The position numbers were made by a program, and so were the translations under genes. From NCBI RefSeq assembly GCF_009914755.1, contig NC_060936.1: a stretch of 64,000 nucleotides of DNA; one strand, given 5' to 3'. The notes under the pieces are model-generated. The model had not been told where the DNA came from. It saw nothing but the letters and a program-made list of their open reading frames with translations, and searched no databases. Shown here piece after piece: positions 1 to 15,280 of the stretch (the first letter of the stretch is position 1; each line of letters begins with the position of its first letter). This DNA comes from the human T2T-CHM13v2.0 reference genome, Homo sapiens.

Positions 1-107
1 CAGAAAACTGCATAAGGTACTATGAGAACCAAGAAAAATTTATGAAACAGGCTTTCAAAGATTTATCTAGTCATTCATTCAGTCATTTACATTTATTATC
101 TCATTTA

Positions 108-422
<315 letters not shown>

Positions 423-1616
423 CACCTGCGCAACAAAGTGGACATCATCCCTACTCAGGGTTTAGAAACGAAAAGCACAGAAGCAGAAACATAGCATATG
501 GTGAGTAGACCAGTTTGATTATGCACACTAAGAGTGTAATTAAGAATGGGAGTTATAATAAAGTCTGAAACTTCTGTCATTTATTTTCAGAGGAGCAGGC
601 TACTGGTTGGCAAATTCAGATCCATCAGGAAAACTCGTAATAATGCATATGTTCATCACTTCCTGAAAACGCTGCACGTACAAAAAGTCATAATTCTTGG
701 GCTAAAAATTTAGAATTCTGAGCATTTATCATGTGGGTCAGGAAAACTGGCCCCTGTTCCTCTGCCTCCCTTCACCTGGCATCACCCTAGCCTCAGTTAC
801 AATTTGGTCCCTCAGTACCTTCAACTGATTCTGAAAATGCCTGACGTGTTCAAAGGAGTTACTCCTGCATTCCTCCTTAGTTAAAGGAGATCAAAGGAGA
901 TCAAATATACAGGATGCCAATGTCTCAAATGAAGACTACACAATGATGTAGCCAGAAGAATTAAGAGAGCTCTGAAACATGTAATGCTTGAATTTTATAG
1001 CAAGTCAAAGCACAAATACAGAACTCTTGGTTCTGCATCATCTATAGAGCATACCTTGTATTGTACTTCAAACACTGAGCCATGTTCAAACTTACCAGTG
1101 TAATATTCCTCAAAGGAAGAATCCTCTAGTTTGAAATGTACTTAATGATTTCATCAATTTTTACTGGGTATTTTTAGCACCACGTGTTTCTAAGGGATGG
1201 GGAAAAGGGTGAGCCTTTCCACTCTTAAAGTGTCCTTTGGTAACTTACCTTTTTGAACCTACAAAACATGCTTGAAATGATCAAGGAATAATGCACGACA
1301 GTACATATTCATTCTACTACCTGAGCATACTCGTGTTCAAGTCAGTAGTATATGCTCTCAGAGAAGGGGTAAATGGAGGGCTGCAGGTAAAGTTGCAAAC
1401 GTAAAAGTATATACAATCCCAATTTTTCTATTTTCACATATTGTTAAGAGAGATCATAATGTCTTGTTTCTTTCACTGAAGAATTCCAGTTGAGTGTGAT
1501 ATTTCAATCGTGAAATTAAAGCCCAGAAATATTATTTATTCAAGAACACAACAAATCATTAGCAGAAAAAAGTTATTTGAAAGAGGTGAACTATTTTCTG
1601 ATATAAAGCTTAAATT

Positions 1617-1785
1617 CTAAAATACAAAAATTAGCCGGGCGTGGTGGCATGCACCTGTAATCCCAGCTACTCAGGAGGCTGAAGCAGGACAATTGCTTGA
1701 ACCCAAGAGGCGGAGGTTGCAGTGAGCCACCAGTCTCCAGCCTGGGTGACAGAGCAGGACCCTGTCGCCAAAAAAAAAAAAAAAG
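1617..1785 (+). mobile_element. Alu right arm (5'-truncated, small internal deletion)
   Basis: Begins at linker CTAAAATACAAAAATTAGCCGGGC; poly-A tail. Confidence 0.9.
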
Positions 1786-2751
1786 AAGTAGAAATGAAGG
1801 TGTGGAGATGACATGCTACACTGAAACTGATGTTTTAAATCACAGAGACAAATCCCAAAATTTACCAGCCAACAGCCCAATTCCCTTTTAGTGATAAGTA
1901 CCTCCTATATATGTAGTCATTTTTTTAAAATCTCAGTTAACATGGACATACTTTTAGCCAACTGTTTTCAATTATATATACTGCGATGTCCGTTTATTTT
2001 TCTACATTCTCAATAACAGTTAACACTAAAGAAACAATACTACTCAATTTCAAGAGTACATAATTATCCCTGAAATGTTGCCTAACAATGTTCCCTCTAG
2101 GGTCCTCTGTGTGCAAATTCCTACTTTATATATGAAGCACGTTTAAGATCTCAAAATGTGTTGAGGCTATTTCTACTACAAGAATTGCAATTCACAATCC
2201 AGCATGACAGGGCACAAAGTCCAACAGTACTGTAGGCTTTCTATTAAAAAATACTCATAGTAAAATAAGGGTCACAAACAGCCCAATTGCTCAAACTTGA
2301 ACAAACCACTCAATAATGAATAACACTGATAAATAACCATACAAAACCAATAATTATAAGAATCAAAGATCTCAACCCAATTAGAAAATAGTTTAAAAGA
2401 TCATCTTTTAACATCAAGATAAGAATGGTGAAGAGACTATTTCTATTTTAATGACATAACCCAATTTTTGTTTTATGTTAGATTACTTTTCAAACCTCAT
2501 TTACCATTTTGATCCTAAAGCATATGAAATAGATTTACAAAGGAAAAGTATGTCCTATTCAGTTTAATCCAACCTTTTGTGCTGGGAATTATAGATCCTG
2601 AGTAGAAAAAAAGGTAAAATTATGATGTACACTGGAAACTAAAATAAATGATTTTATATTAAAGATTCAATTTAGGAGTAATGTAGGAATGGGGAAAGGA
2701 GAAAGACTAAATTCTCATCTTCTATAGTATAAATTCAAGAGAAGATTAAAA

Positions 2752-2752
<1 letters not shown>

Positions 2753-2795
<43 letters not shown>
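2753..2795 (+). repeat. (CA)n microsatellite, ~21 units; (UG)n in MED13L pre-mRNA
   Basis: Directly visible. Confidence 0.98.
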
Positions 2796-2797
<2 letters not shown>

Positions 2798-3289
2798 CAT
2801 TAAGAACAGCAGAATAAACATGTTATTGATAAATTTAGAGGTAAAATGCCAGAAGAAACAGAAATCTTACTTCAGGGGAGCAACTCAAAGAAGAGAGATG
2901 GAATTTAACTTGAATTGCCAGGGAAGACAGAGTGGGTGGGAGAGAAAGAATATGAACAATGAGAAAATGAGTTTAGACTATGCTAGAACTGTGAAGGACA
3001 ACTCTGGCTGGATAAAATGGCTTCTGCTGGGGAGCAGAAATGCTAGACAACGCTTGGGCGATCCCTACACAATTGACACCACATTATGTTCTTCTATTGG
3101 AGAGTGCTTCACCAAAAGTAGTCTAACCAAAGTATATACGAGGGCAGAGTGATTTGAAACAAAAGAAACTACAAGTCAAGAGACATAGGCAGAAGACAAC
3201 AAAAACAGACCTAACATTCTATCAAGGAGGCAGCTCCACAGTTTCCGTAAAATGTAGTATTTTAATTTAGCAGTTTTCCACGATAATTC

Positions 3290-3587
<298 letters not shown>

Positions 3588-5414
3588 ATGATATTCTTTA
3601 ACCATAAATATCAAGCTATTATACTTCAATCTTATACAACTGTTAATAAAATCCTAAATGAAGCATGCAAGCCACACTTAACAGGTTCTCAGAGACAGAT
3701 CTAATAATTTCTACGAACCATACTTAAAAGCTTTATTTTTATAACATCATTTAACACTCCACAACAAATAGTCATATTGTTATAATATACATTATGCATT
3801 TTCAAAATTTTTTCCTTTGACTCCATAAAAGGATAGCAACAGAACCACAATGCTAGTAAACACCATATTTTCAAATTCATACCAAAATCATGGTGATTTC
3901 AAACATTTGGTAAGACTACTTCTTTAAAATTAGAAAACAGCTGATGTCATTATTTTAGGGGTAAAATCAGTATACGATATGACATTTCTTATATTGCCAT
4001 TATGTAGAAAGATTTATAGTAGAAACACCTACCTTATTTAATGCAAATTGTGTATATAAAAACTGATTCACAAATATTTGATTGGCAAGCTTTCTCTAGT
4101 ACAAGAAATTACCAACATCATAAAAAATTCTCCTTATTTTTTTCTAAATATTACTACCACCAGTTTCACTACTAATAGCAAACAGCTACCATTACACAAT
4201 AACCAGATGTTAGGTTCTGTATTAGCTACTTTATTTATGCTATCTTATTCAATACCATAAAATTCATCACAAAAAAGGCAAGCTTAAGTGAGTAATTTCA
4301 AGCTTAATAGAATTTATGTAATCTTTTTCTTAACATTTTAAATTGTTTCCTTAAACTAATGAGGAAAAAAATGTTAGAAAAAAAAGTGTAAAGTCAACCA
4401 AAAGCAAAAATATGAAACTGTATTCTTAACCATCTTTCCAGAAATGAATATTCTTGTCGAAAGAGAAATGTTCTGAAATCTAACTCTAATCTACAATGCT
4501 TTCCCCCTGCTGCCAAGTTGCTACACAGATGCCACAGTCAGAAAATTTTACCAAGTGTGATCACACTTTTCAAAGAAAGGACCCCATTTACTAACAGCAC
4601 ACTACGAATCAAACAGGCAGCCATCCCTCAATCGCCTCCATTCCCCTTACAATCCTATCATCTGCCTTTCAGCCTTGTTTGGTCACCTCCCAGACCTTCC
4701 TTCCTCTTACTGGTCTGTCTCATTTCTCATCATCCTACCTCATTCTGCAAAAAAAAGTTCATAAGGGCTGTTAAGAAACATTTGTATAGAGCACTAAAAG
4801 TGCATCAGGAAAAGGTTTTATATAAATGTTAACTCCAAATATATAATAAAGATCTTTTATGTCTATACATTTTTTAAAAGATGGTACCCTCCTTGACAAA
4901 GGATGGTATGCAACGTCAAGTTTTACATCCTAAAATACGTATCAGGTTCCCCATCCAGTAGTACAAAGTAGTTCCTTCCACTCCAACATGACACTCCCTT
5001 TAAATAACAACTATAAATTATGAAGAAGATATTAAAATCTGCAAAAACCTGAGTTACCAAATGCAGGAAGATCCTGGGGGAGGGGAAAGAGTTTACCACC
5101 AGAAGGAGGAAATGGCACTGAATCAATCATCCTCATTCTCATCACAGTTGTCCACCTACCCCTCCACCCCCCTTTTTAAACAGTTTGTAGCATAGGGCAG
5201 ACTGAACCACAACAGCTAAAACTAACAGAAACCCGACCTTGGTTCTTAGTGGCAAAGAACCAGAGGACTGAGTTAAAGAGACCACAGCTGCTGAAAATGA
5301 GAATAGAAATTCTGGAAAGAAGAGAATCAAAGACACAAACTCTGCCCAAATCTCTGGCCAATTCCTACACTATGTGCATGGTGCAGGCTCTCAACAGCCC
5401 TCGGAAGGCTAAAA

Positions 5415-5624
5415 CAGTGGTTTTCAACCAGGGGTGACTTGCCCTCCCAAGGAAAATCTGGCACTATCTGGAGACATTTTGGGTTGTCACGACTGAGGGA
5501 GGAGGGTGTGACTGGCATCAGGTAGGGAGAGATCAGGGATGCTGCTGAAAATCCTACAATGCACAGGACAGCTCTCACAATTATCCAGCCCAAGAATCAA
5601 CAGTGCCAAGGCTGAGAAACCCTA
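5415..5624 (+). mobile_element. MER20 (hAT-Charlie non-autonomous DNA transposon), near full length
   Basis: CAGTGGTTTTCAACC...GGAGACATTTTGGGTTGTCAC...AGGGATGCTGCT...CCTACAATGCACAGGACAGC...GAGAAACCCT matches recalled MER20 consensus. Confidence 0.85.
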
Positions 5625-5829
5625 GGATAAAAGAAGTAAAGAAATTTCAGCTTCTGCCCACCACAAAAGAGACAATAGTTTGGAATCTGAATTCAGCCAA
5701 AGTTAACCCCTTGCTTAAAAAAGAAAGAAAAGAAAAGAGGAGAGGGGAGGGGAGGGGAGGGGAGACCAAAATTCAGCCAAAATTAACTCCTTGCTTAAAA
5801 AAGAAAAAAAAAAGGAGAAAAGAAAAGGC

Positions 5830-6155
5830 CAAATCAACAACACGTTCAAAGATAACAGAATCCAGTCTCCACACTATATCATTGTTCAGAATATAATTCA
5901 AAATTATTCAACATATGAAAAAACAAGAAAAATCTAACCCATATTCAAGAGAAAACACAACCAATGGAGAAAAATCCAGATTTTTTTTAGTAGCAAAAAT
6001 CTGTAAGCAATTATTGTAAGCAGCTTAAGGACATAAAGGAAAATGTGCTCACAATGAATAAACAAATACAAAATGACAGCTGAGAAATGGAAATAAAAAA
6101 GGTCCAATGGAAATTATGGAACTGAAAATGACATTATCGAAAATAAAATATACAC
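5830..6155 (+). mobile_element. Ancient L1 (L1M-type) 5'/ORF1 fragment
   Basis: A-rich degenerate ORF1-like text (AATGGAAATTATGGAACTGAAAATGACA...). Confidence 0.55.
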
Positions 6156-6236
6156 TTTCCAGTTATTTAAATCTTCTTTTAAAATCTGCCTTCTTTTATG
6201 TCCACACCATAGTAGTGTTCACTAAATTCTTTTCTA

Positions 6237-6362
6237 TAAAGATGGGATCTCACTGTGTTGCCCAGGCTGGACTTGAACTCCTGAACTCCTGGGCTCAAGC
6301 AATCCTCCTGCCTCAGTCTCTCAACTAGCTAGGACTATATGCATATGCCACAGCACCCGGCG
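6237..6362 (-). mobile_element. FLAM / Alu left monomer
   Basis: GTTGCCCAGGCTGG...CTCCTGGGCTCAAGCAATCCTCCTGCCTCAG; monomer length. Confidence 0.85.
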
Positions 6363-7847
6363 ATTTTCACTAAGTCTTGACTATAATAATATAAACCAGA
6401 AACTAAATGGAAATGAAAAGGATGATATCATCTAAACATTTGATATTATTAAATCAATGGGTTCAGTCTGAAAACATACCATAAGTATTACAGTATCCTT
6501 TTAGGATTAGTAATAGAGGTGGCAGAAATATATGGTAGACTATAACAGGAATTCATAAGTAATAATCTCAAGATTCTTAAATTTTTAAGCCACAATGGAA
6601 AATTAATTTATACTTAGTACAGCTGAAATTTTCCAAATTAAAATTAAGACAACATTCCCCTCTCGCCTACACAGATGAACTGTTTTCTCATTTTGTAAAT
6701 AAATACAAAATAAATGTGGAAATGAAAAAATATAGTAATAGCATAAAAACAGGAGCAGTCATTTCCCTCAGACAAGTCTGTTTTTAACTTGCCATAAAAT
6801 TCCCCCCATGTTACTGAGATGCCATGAAAAAAGAATGGAAACAACCTTCCAGGCATATTCATTTTTACACTTTCTCTAAATTCTAAGATACTTCAGCAAA
6901 GTATGCCAAATTTAGCTACATTTACAAAGCAGAGGATAAGACATTCCTTTTTAAATGTAGTCAACTTCTAGAGTAATCCATTTCATTAATCTATGAGAAT
7001 GATCTAGTTGATATACTGCAATATCATTCTACGGTACTTAGGCTCAGTCTATTATTTGGTCAGAAAAACATACCATGAACAACATCCTAAATGAGGCTGA
7101 GATATGAGTAAACTGAACAGTACTTCCCTCATGCTACCAAAAGGTTAAACTTTGAACCTTTATTCATTCATGCTCTGAAGCTTCAACTGACTTTGTTTCC
7201 AACAGGGAAAGTGGCTTTTGGCTAAGACACCTTAAGCAAAGGTGAATAGGTGGTCACCTCTGTAATAAAAAACTGAAATTAACACCTCAACTCCCATTTG
7301 GGACCTACAATTTCTCCTTCCATTTCTTGATCTGATTATGAGTATCGTTACTCAAGTTAACATAATCCTTCCCTCTCTACAAACATGTTCTTTTAAAATT
7401 TTCCAACTCTTGGGAAGAATGATATCAAATCTCTTGCAGTGGTGAATACAAGAGTTACTTTCTGCTTACAGCAGAACTAAATACAATGAAGGTAACATGC
7501 TCTGAGTGGTAGAGAAAAAAAGAATAAAAGATATGGATATATACAGAGACATACATGGATAGGACATGTCCAGACTTCACCAACTTCACTTCACTTAGAG
7601 AATCAGAGAATCAGAAAGCTAAAAGACAACTTAGAAATAAATGCTAAAACTGAAGTCCCAAAGGATTCACTAGGTCCCACAAGGTCAAATAGTTAATGGA
7701 AGATCATCTACATTTCCGGATGAACGGTCTATTGAACAAGGAGAGATTTGTTTTGAGCTTAGTTTCAGTTATTTAGCAGGAATTTAAAAAGGAATTACAA
7801 TAATGGTATTCTCTCAACCTCTCCAGTATATTAAAAAACAAGGTATA

Positions 7848-8266
<419 letters not shown>

Positions 8267-11200
8267 TTAAAGTGTAAAAATCAATAATTATTGTTGACAT
8301 ATACTGTTTAGACCACTAATAGCACAAATGAAAAATAAAAACTAACAGTCATAACTTCTTTTAAGTTATTAAGAAAAAAAGGAAAAACTAGAAGAGTTGG
8401 ATAGAAAGCAAATACTGTATTTAACTATCATCACCTCTGGCTGAAGTGGTCTTTCAATTTAACATTCCCCTATATATGTTTATGAAACTACAGAGCAAAG
8501 TACCTGGTACACGAAAGATACTTTTTAAAATTATAGCTACCACTATTAAGCTTTATCACAAGCCCTTATTAAGTGTTTGTCTGCTCCCTTCCTGGAATCA
8601 ACAGTTTTGTGTTTTGCAGCTACTTGTAAAAACTACTGCAAAAGCTCTACATTCAGTATCTTCACTTCAACTCCCATTTATAATGCAAGCTACTGCAATC
8701 TGAATTTCACCACTTGAAACTGCCAATGTTATAGTCACCATGACTACATAATTGCCAAATCTAATAGTCTTTATAGTACATGTTTTACATGCCTCTATGG
8801 CAGACACAGCTGATCAATCTTGAAACTTTAAAATTCCATGGTTCTGGTAACACCAGTCTCTCTTGGTTCTCATTTCCAGTTGACTCTTCAGTCTCCTTTA
8901 TGTATTCTTGTTTCTGTACCCATTCTACAAATGTTGATGATCCCCAAGACTCTAACTCACTTTTCACACAATCCCCAAATATATTCAAATGGCAGAATAC
9001 TGTAACTCCCTCAGATAGACTCTCAGAAAATGACTAAATGTTTTATAGAGCTACCAAAAAAAAGCTGTAAAACTATTATGCATGATTATGTAAGTCCAAA
9101 TTGTCCCATTAATATTTGTCTATGGACTTCCCATCAGCAAGCCCTTATTAACAGATAGGCACCACATGTGCAAAGTAAATTTATGAGTAAAACAGAAAAA
9201 ATCATAGATAGCTACTGATCTCATTTTTCTGGACACTAAAAAGAGGCTTGCTTTACCGTTCACACTTGAAGTGTCTGCTCACCTTCTAGACTAGGGATCC
9301 CTTCTCCGCCTTCTTATCTGGGCATCTCTAAAAGCTAAATAACACAGATGACTGGGCTATAACAGAGTCTGGGGAAAAAGAGGAGGATGGAGAGAAGGCG
9401 TACCACTCAAGAACAGGGCAGGTTTGCCCATGAGTCAGTGATAGCTAATTAATTCAGAAAATGGAATAGCAGGTTGTTATCTTTGAGGAGATAAAGGGGA
9501 GGGGAGGATGAAATAAGGAAAGGAAGGGAAAGTTTCAAAATACTAAATATGGTTCTCCTACATCAAAACATTTCTGGTATGAGTTAATAATGTATTGTTA
9601 CACAAAATACACGCTTTGCTATTAAACCAAAAAACGTATTTACATTTCTTAAATATGTATGTTAGGTAATCTAAGAAAATAAAAAAGAAGTTTTAAAAAG
9701 TCTGAAGTTAAGAGGAGAGAAGACAAAAACGATAGTTAAAGTAATATACTTTCAGTGTGTATGGGTATATGTGTGGTGGGGGGGGTGTGTGCACATGTGC
9801 TATCAGCACATACAAAAGTAATTAGAATATCTGAAAACATGTGATGCTCTCTGGAGTATCACCCAAGAACAGAGTAGATTTGCCCAAGAGTCAGTGACAG
9901 CAAATTAACCCAGAAAATGAATTAGCAAGTTACTATTTTTGTTAACTTAGCTTCTGTATACCTGATACCAGAAAAGATCAAAGGCCCACTGTTATTGAGG
10001 GCAATAAACTGTTTCCTAAAAATGACATTCAAAGACTAAAGTGTATAGATTTCAAATTCTCCTGTAATAAAATGTGGATTGAGATTAAATTAGAAAACAA
10101 ATGCCTTCCCAAGAGAGAGAACCTGCATGATTGGAATAATTTCCAAATGATTTTCACCGGTTTGTTTTAAAACATATTCTGAATGCAAAAGCTTTTTTTC
10201 AAGTTCAACCTAGACCTTAGAAAACAGAAATTTTGTATGTTTGATTTTAGTTGTCACCACTCAAGGGCAAACCCAAAGTTGTATTTTCTACTTATTCTTT
10301 TCCCAAGGATATGAATAATAAAAGATGTCAATATAGAGAAAAAATTATATTGAATGAATTTCTATGTTTCTAAAACTACCTAATCAAATACATATTTTTA
10401 ATATATAATATGCAAATAATCTACTTTAGAATTCTCCTGAACATCAACTCATATCAAATATTAAGAACCCTTTTAGGAGTCCATTAGTAAATGAAATCAT
10501 AGCACAAGAACTTTAAAGGAGTACAGAAAGAAATTATAGCACAAAAAATCATATGCTATTATTCTAACAGGGAGAACTCATTCATCAGTATTTTTTCACC
10601 ATGATTAGAATATCTAAAATATGCAGTATGAGAAATTAGTAATACTAATAATCAGTAATGCTAGTAATCCTAGCATATACTATCTATATGCTAAGATTAT
10701 AGATATTATATATAGATACTATATGCTAGTATTACACTATACTTAGAAATAAGAGCTTTTCTAAAACATAAATTTGTACATTTAATTTGTTTAGCACTGG
10801 GCAACAGGTTTTCCTCTCCATTAGCCACTAAATGGATCTGTACCAATGTACCAAAAAAGACACAACTAAACTTAAGAAAAATTAATTTAATTCATTTCTC
10901 TCTCTCAACTAAATTATAAACTGCCACATAAATTATCTAACTTAATCTTCACTATAACCCTCTAAGACATTATGATTTTCAACTCAATAATAATAAAAAT
11001 TCAGCTGAGATAAACTTTGTCCAAAATCTAACTTGCAAGTGGAAGAATAAGATGTGAACCCAATTCTCTTCTAATGCTAAATGCTCTCCTTCACAGCATG
11101 ACTGTCCATTTAAAACTGTCCAACTCAGGCATGACTACTGAGATCCTATTTCAACATCTACCAAGAGGCTCTATTTTCCACTCAGAGAATAAAAGGAGGA

Positions 11201-11890
11201 AAAGTCATCATACCTAATAAAGTTTTATTAAAGCAAACGCCAATTTTTAAATTCATCTTTGGTTTAAATGTTTTCTAATTGTTAAGCTTTTCTGAAATAC
11301 TGTTTCAAAATAATTTACATTTCTGCACTGAAGGAAAACAAAGTCCCATATTCAATCATGAACATAAAGTCTAAAATCCATTCAATTACAGTGCTCATAT
11401 ATCAGCAGCCTCCCATTTATATTGAATCAAATTCCCAAATACATTACATGCATTATTTACATCAGGCTTGCTAAAGTTATGAAGATTTTTGGAGCCAAAA
11501 TGAGTGTAAAGATATACAAACTCTATATAAAATAGGCTGATAATGATAGTTATTTTTTACTATTAACATACTAATTGCTACTCCTTCAATCCCTACTTTT
11601 TATCTACATTTCCTCTTCATCCCCAAGTGGCTGTCAAATCATCCTGTATTTTATGGTCTAAAGCTATTTTATGACTAGCTCATTTAACTCACCAGTGACC
11701 AGTGACACAATCCATGTTAGGCATGGACAGATGTACTCAGAATGATAAAGAAGGTCACTGGGATAAAGCACTCCATATTTAAGTCTGCAGAGTCATAAAC
11801 ATAAAAGCCAAATTTAAACCACTCAGAAGATTTAAATTTAAGTCCTCTGTAAATTTAAGGAGAATGCTAAGATTAAAAGTAAAAACCAAA

Positions 11891-12190
<300 letters not shown>

Positions 12191-13042
12191 ATGAAAGTAA
12201 AAACTCATGAAACACATTAGTTAAGCCGAATCTATACATATATATTTATAAGGGGAAAAAAATCCCATTTCATCAAAGTATCTGTAAACAGAATCAAACT
12301 TTCACACACCCATACACATTGCTACTTTTTAAAGGATTTTGAATGTACTGAAAAGGAAAATGCTTCAAAGAAGTTTATGGTGATTTGACAAAGAAAACTT
12401 CCGGTCCCTAATTTATCTGATTTGAAAATTTTCATAAATTATGTTTGGTTAATGAGAAGATTCCACAACCATTTCATTAAAGATTTAAGGCAGACAGGTT
12501 GAGTGAGAAGACTACTAATTAAGTCTCTGCTAGAAACTAGGAAAGTTAAGCAAGCAAAGGTTCCTAATGAGGCAGGAGTTTCCAGCTGAAATTTTGCAAC
12601 CAAAAGAAAAGACCTAATCTTAAAACTACTATGTAAGGCTTCAAGGGCTCTAATCTGCACCCAGTACCTGGGACACTTAGGGCAAGTACACTGATAATAA
12701 AACAAAATTTAAATTGAATACCATGCTCATCAATAATGAATATTCACCATCAACTTATGATTCCAACTACATGTGTGCTACATTCAGAGGTAGCCAAAGT
12801 AAATTTTAAATTCTGAGGGTTTTGTTTTCCGATTCTGGTGTGACTGATCTAAAATTCCATGTCTGTATAGTATCAAGGATTGCATTTAAACACACACATA
12901 TGATGGCTAAAAGTTTAGGATTGTTTAGGAAAGTAATTCACAGTTCTGGTTTTACAATCGTCAAAGATGTGTTGATCTTCTTTAAGGGGCACCAATGAAT
13001 TCCACAAAAATTGTCACCATTTCTTCACTGTTTTTAAACTTA

Positions 13043-13498
<456 letters not shown>

Positions 13499-13668
13499 TT
13501 AATATTGAATATAAATTTAATAATATAGTATTTAAGAACACTGTGATCCAGGATCTATTTGAGTATATCTAAACTACTAACATTATTAGGAAATAAATAA
13601 ATCAATAAGCTGTTCACCCACCCACAAGGCCAAAGAAACCAAAAAGCCAAGAGCATTCTAAAGGCTCA

Positions 13669-13767
<99 letters not shown>

Positions 13768-14141
13768 TCAAGAATTACTTTTATAGTATCAGTAACAAAT
13801 TAGTAAGTCGCTGAAGCAATACACCAGATGAGATATATCACCAAAAATAAAAACACCACCAATTAAACTATCAAAATGTTTTATCACTTAAAATTTTTAC
13901 GTTATACTTTCCGAAAGAACTCTGGGACACTGGGCACAGATTCTTATGCCCACGTAAAAAAGAAAATGTAAACAAAAGTAAGCAAAATAAATTGATTGAT
14001 GTATTTCTAAAACATCTTACGCTTCAGAATTACTTCAAATAAAATCACACTTCTGCATAATTTCAATTCTTGCATCATCAAGAATGTTAGGAATACAGCA
14101 TTTCTTAAGAGAACTTCAGAGATATTCATCCAAGCCACTAA

Positions 14142-14474
<333 letters not shown>

Positions 14475-14964
14475 TAAATTTTTATTTTTTATTTTTTGGC
14501 TTTGCATGTGATAGGCAATACTTTTTACGTGATGAGGATCTCAGTGACAAAAATACAGCACAGCTTTATCTTAGGTATTTTCTTTTTGTAGGCACAATAA
14601 AGGACTTGATTATGGCTTTGCAAGAAACAAGGAATTGCAATTGTGTCTTCAATAATGAATATCTGCTTTATTCATATACAAGCAGTGGCCCACTTCTGTT
14701 TCCATGCCACTTGTGTATGTCATTTTAATGTCAAATTACAAGGTATTCTAACATGTTTTTTTGAAGACATGTTAAATGGCAAGTGAACCCAACTCTTGTA
14801 ACAACAATAACATACACAATTCAGCTGAACTGACAACAACACAGAGTTATGATCAAGTTCACTCATGTGCAGGCAAATGACAACTGTATCTTAACTGCCA
14901 CCTGGCCAACTGCGGATGCCATGGATTGTAACGAGTATAACTGATTTTAAAAACATAAAAATGA

Positions 14965-15280
<316 letters not shown>

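Noticed and set aside
883-905. Micro tandem duplications (AAAGGAGATC x2; also 17-mer at ~22333-22370, 16-mer at ~54548-54598, and ~63950-64000)
   Set aside because: Ordinary slippage duplications with no sign of function.
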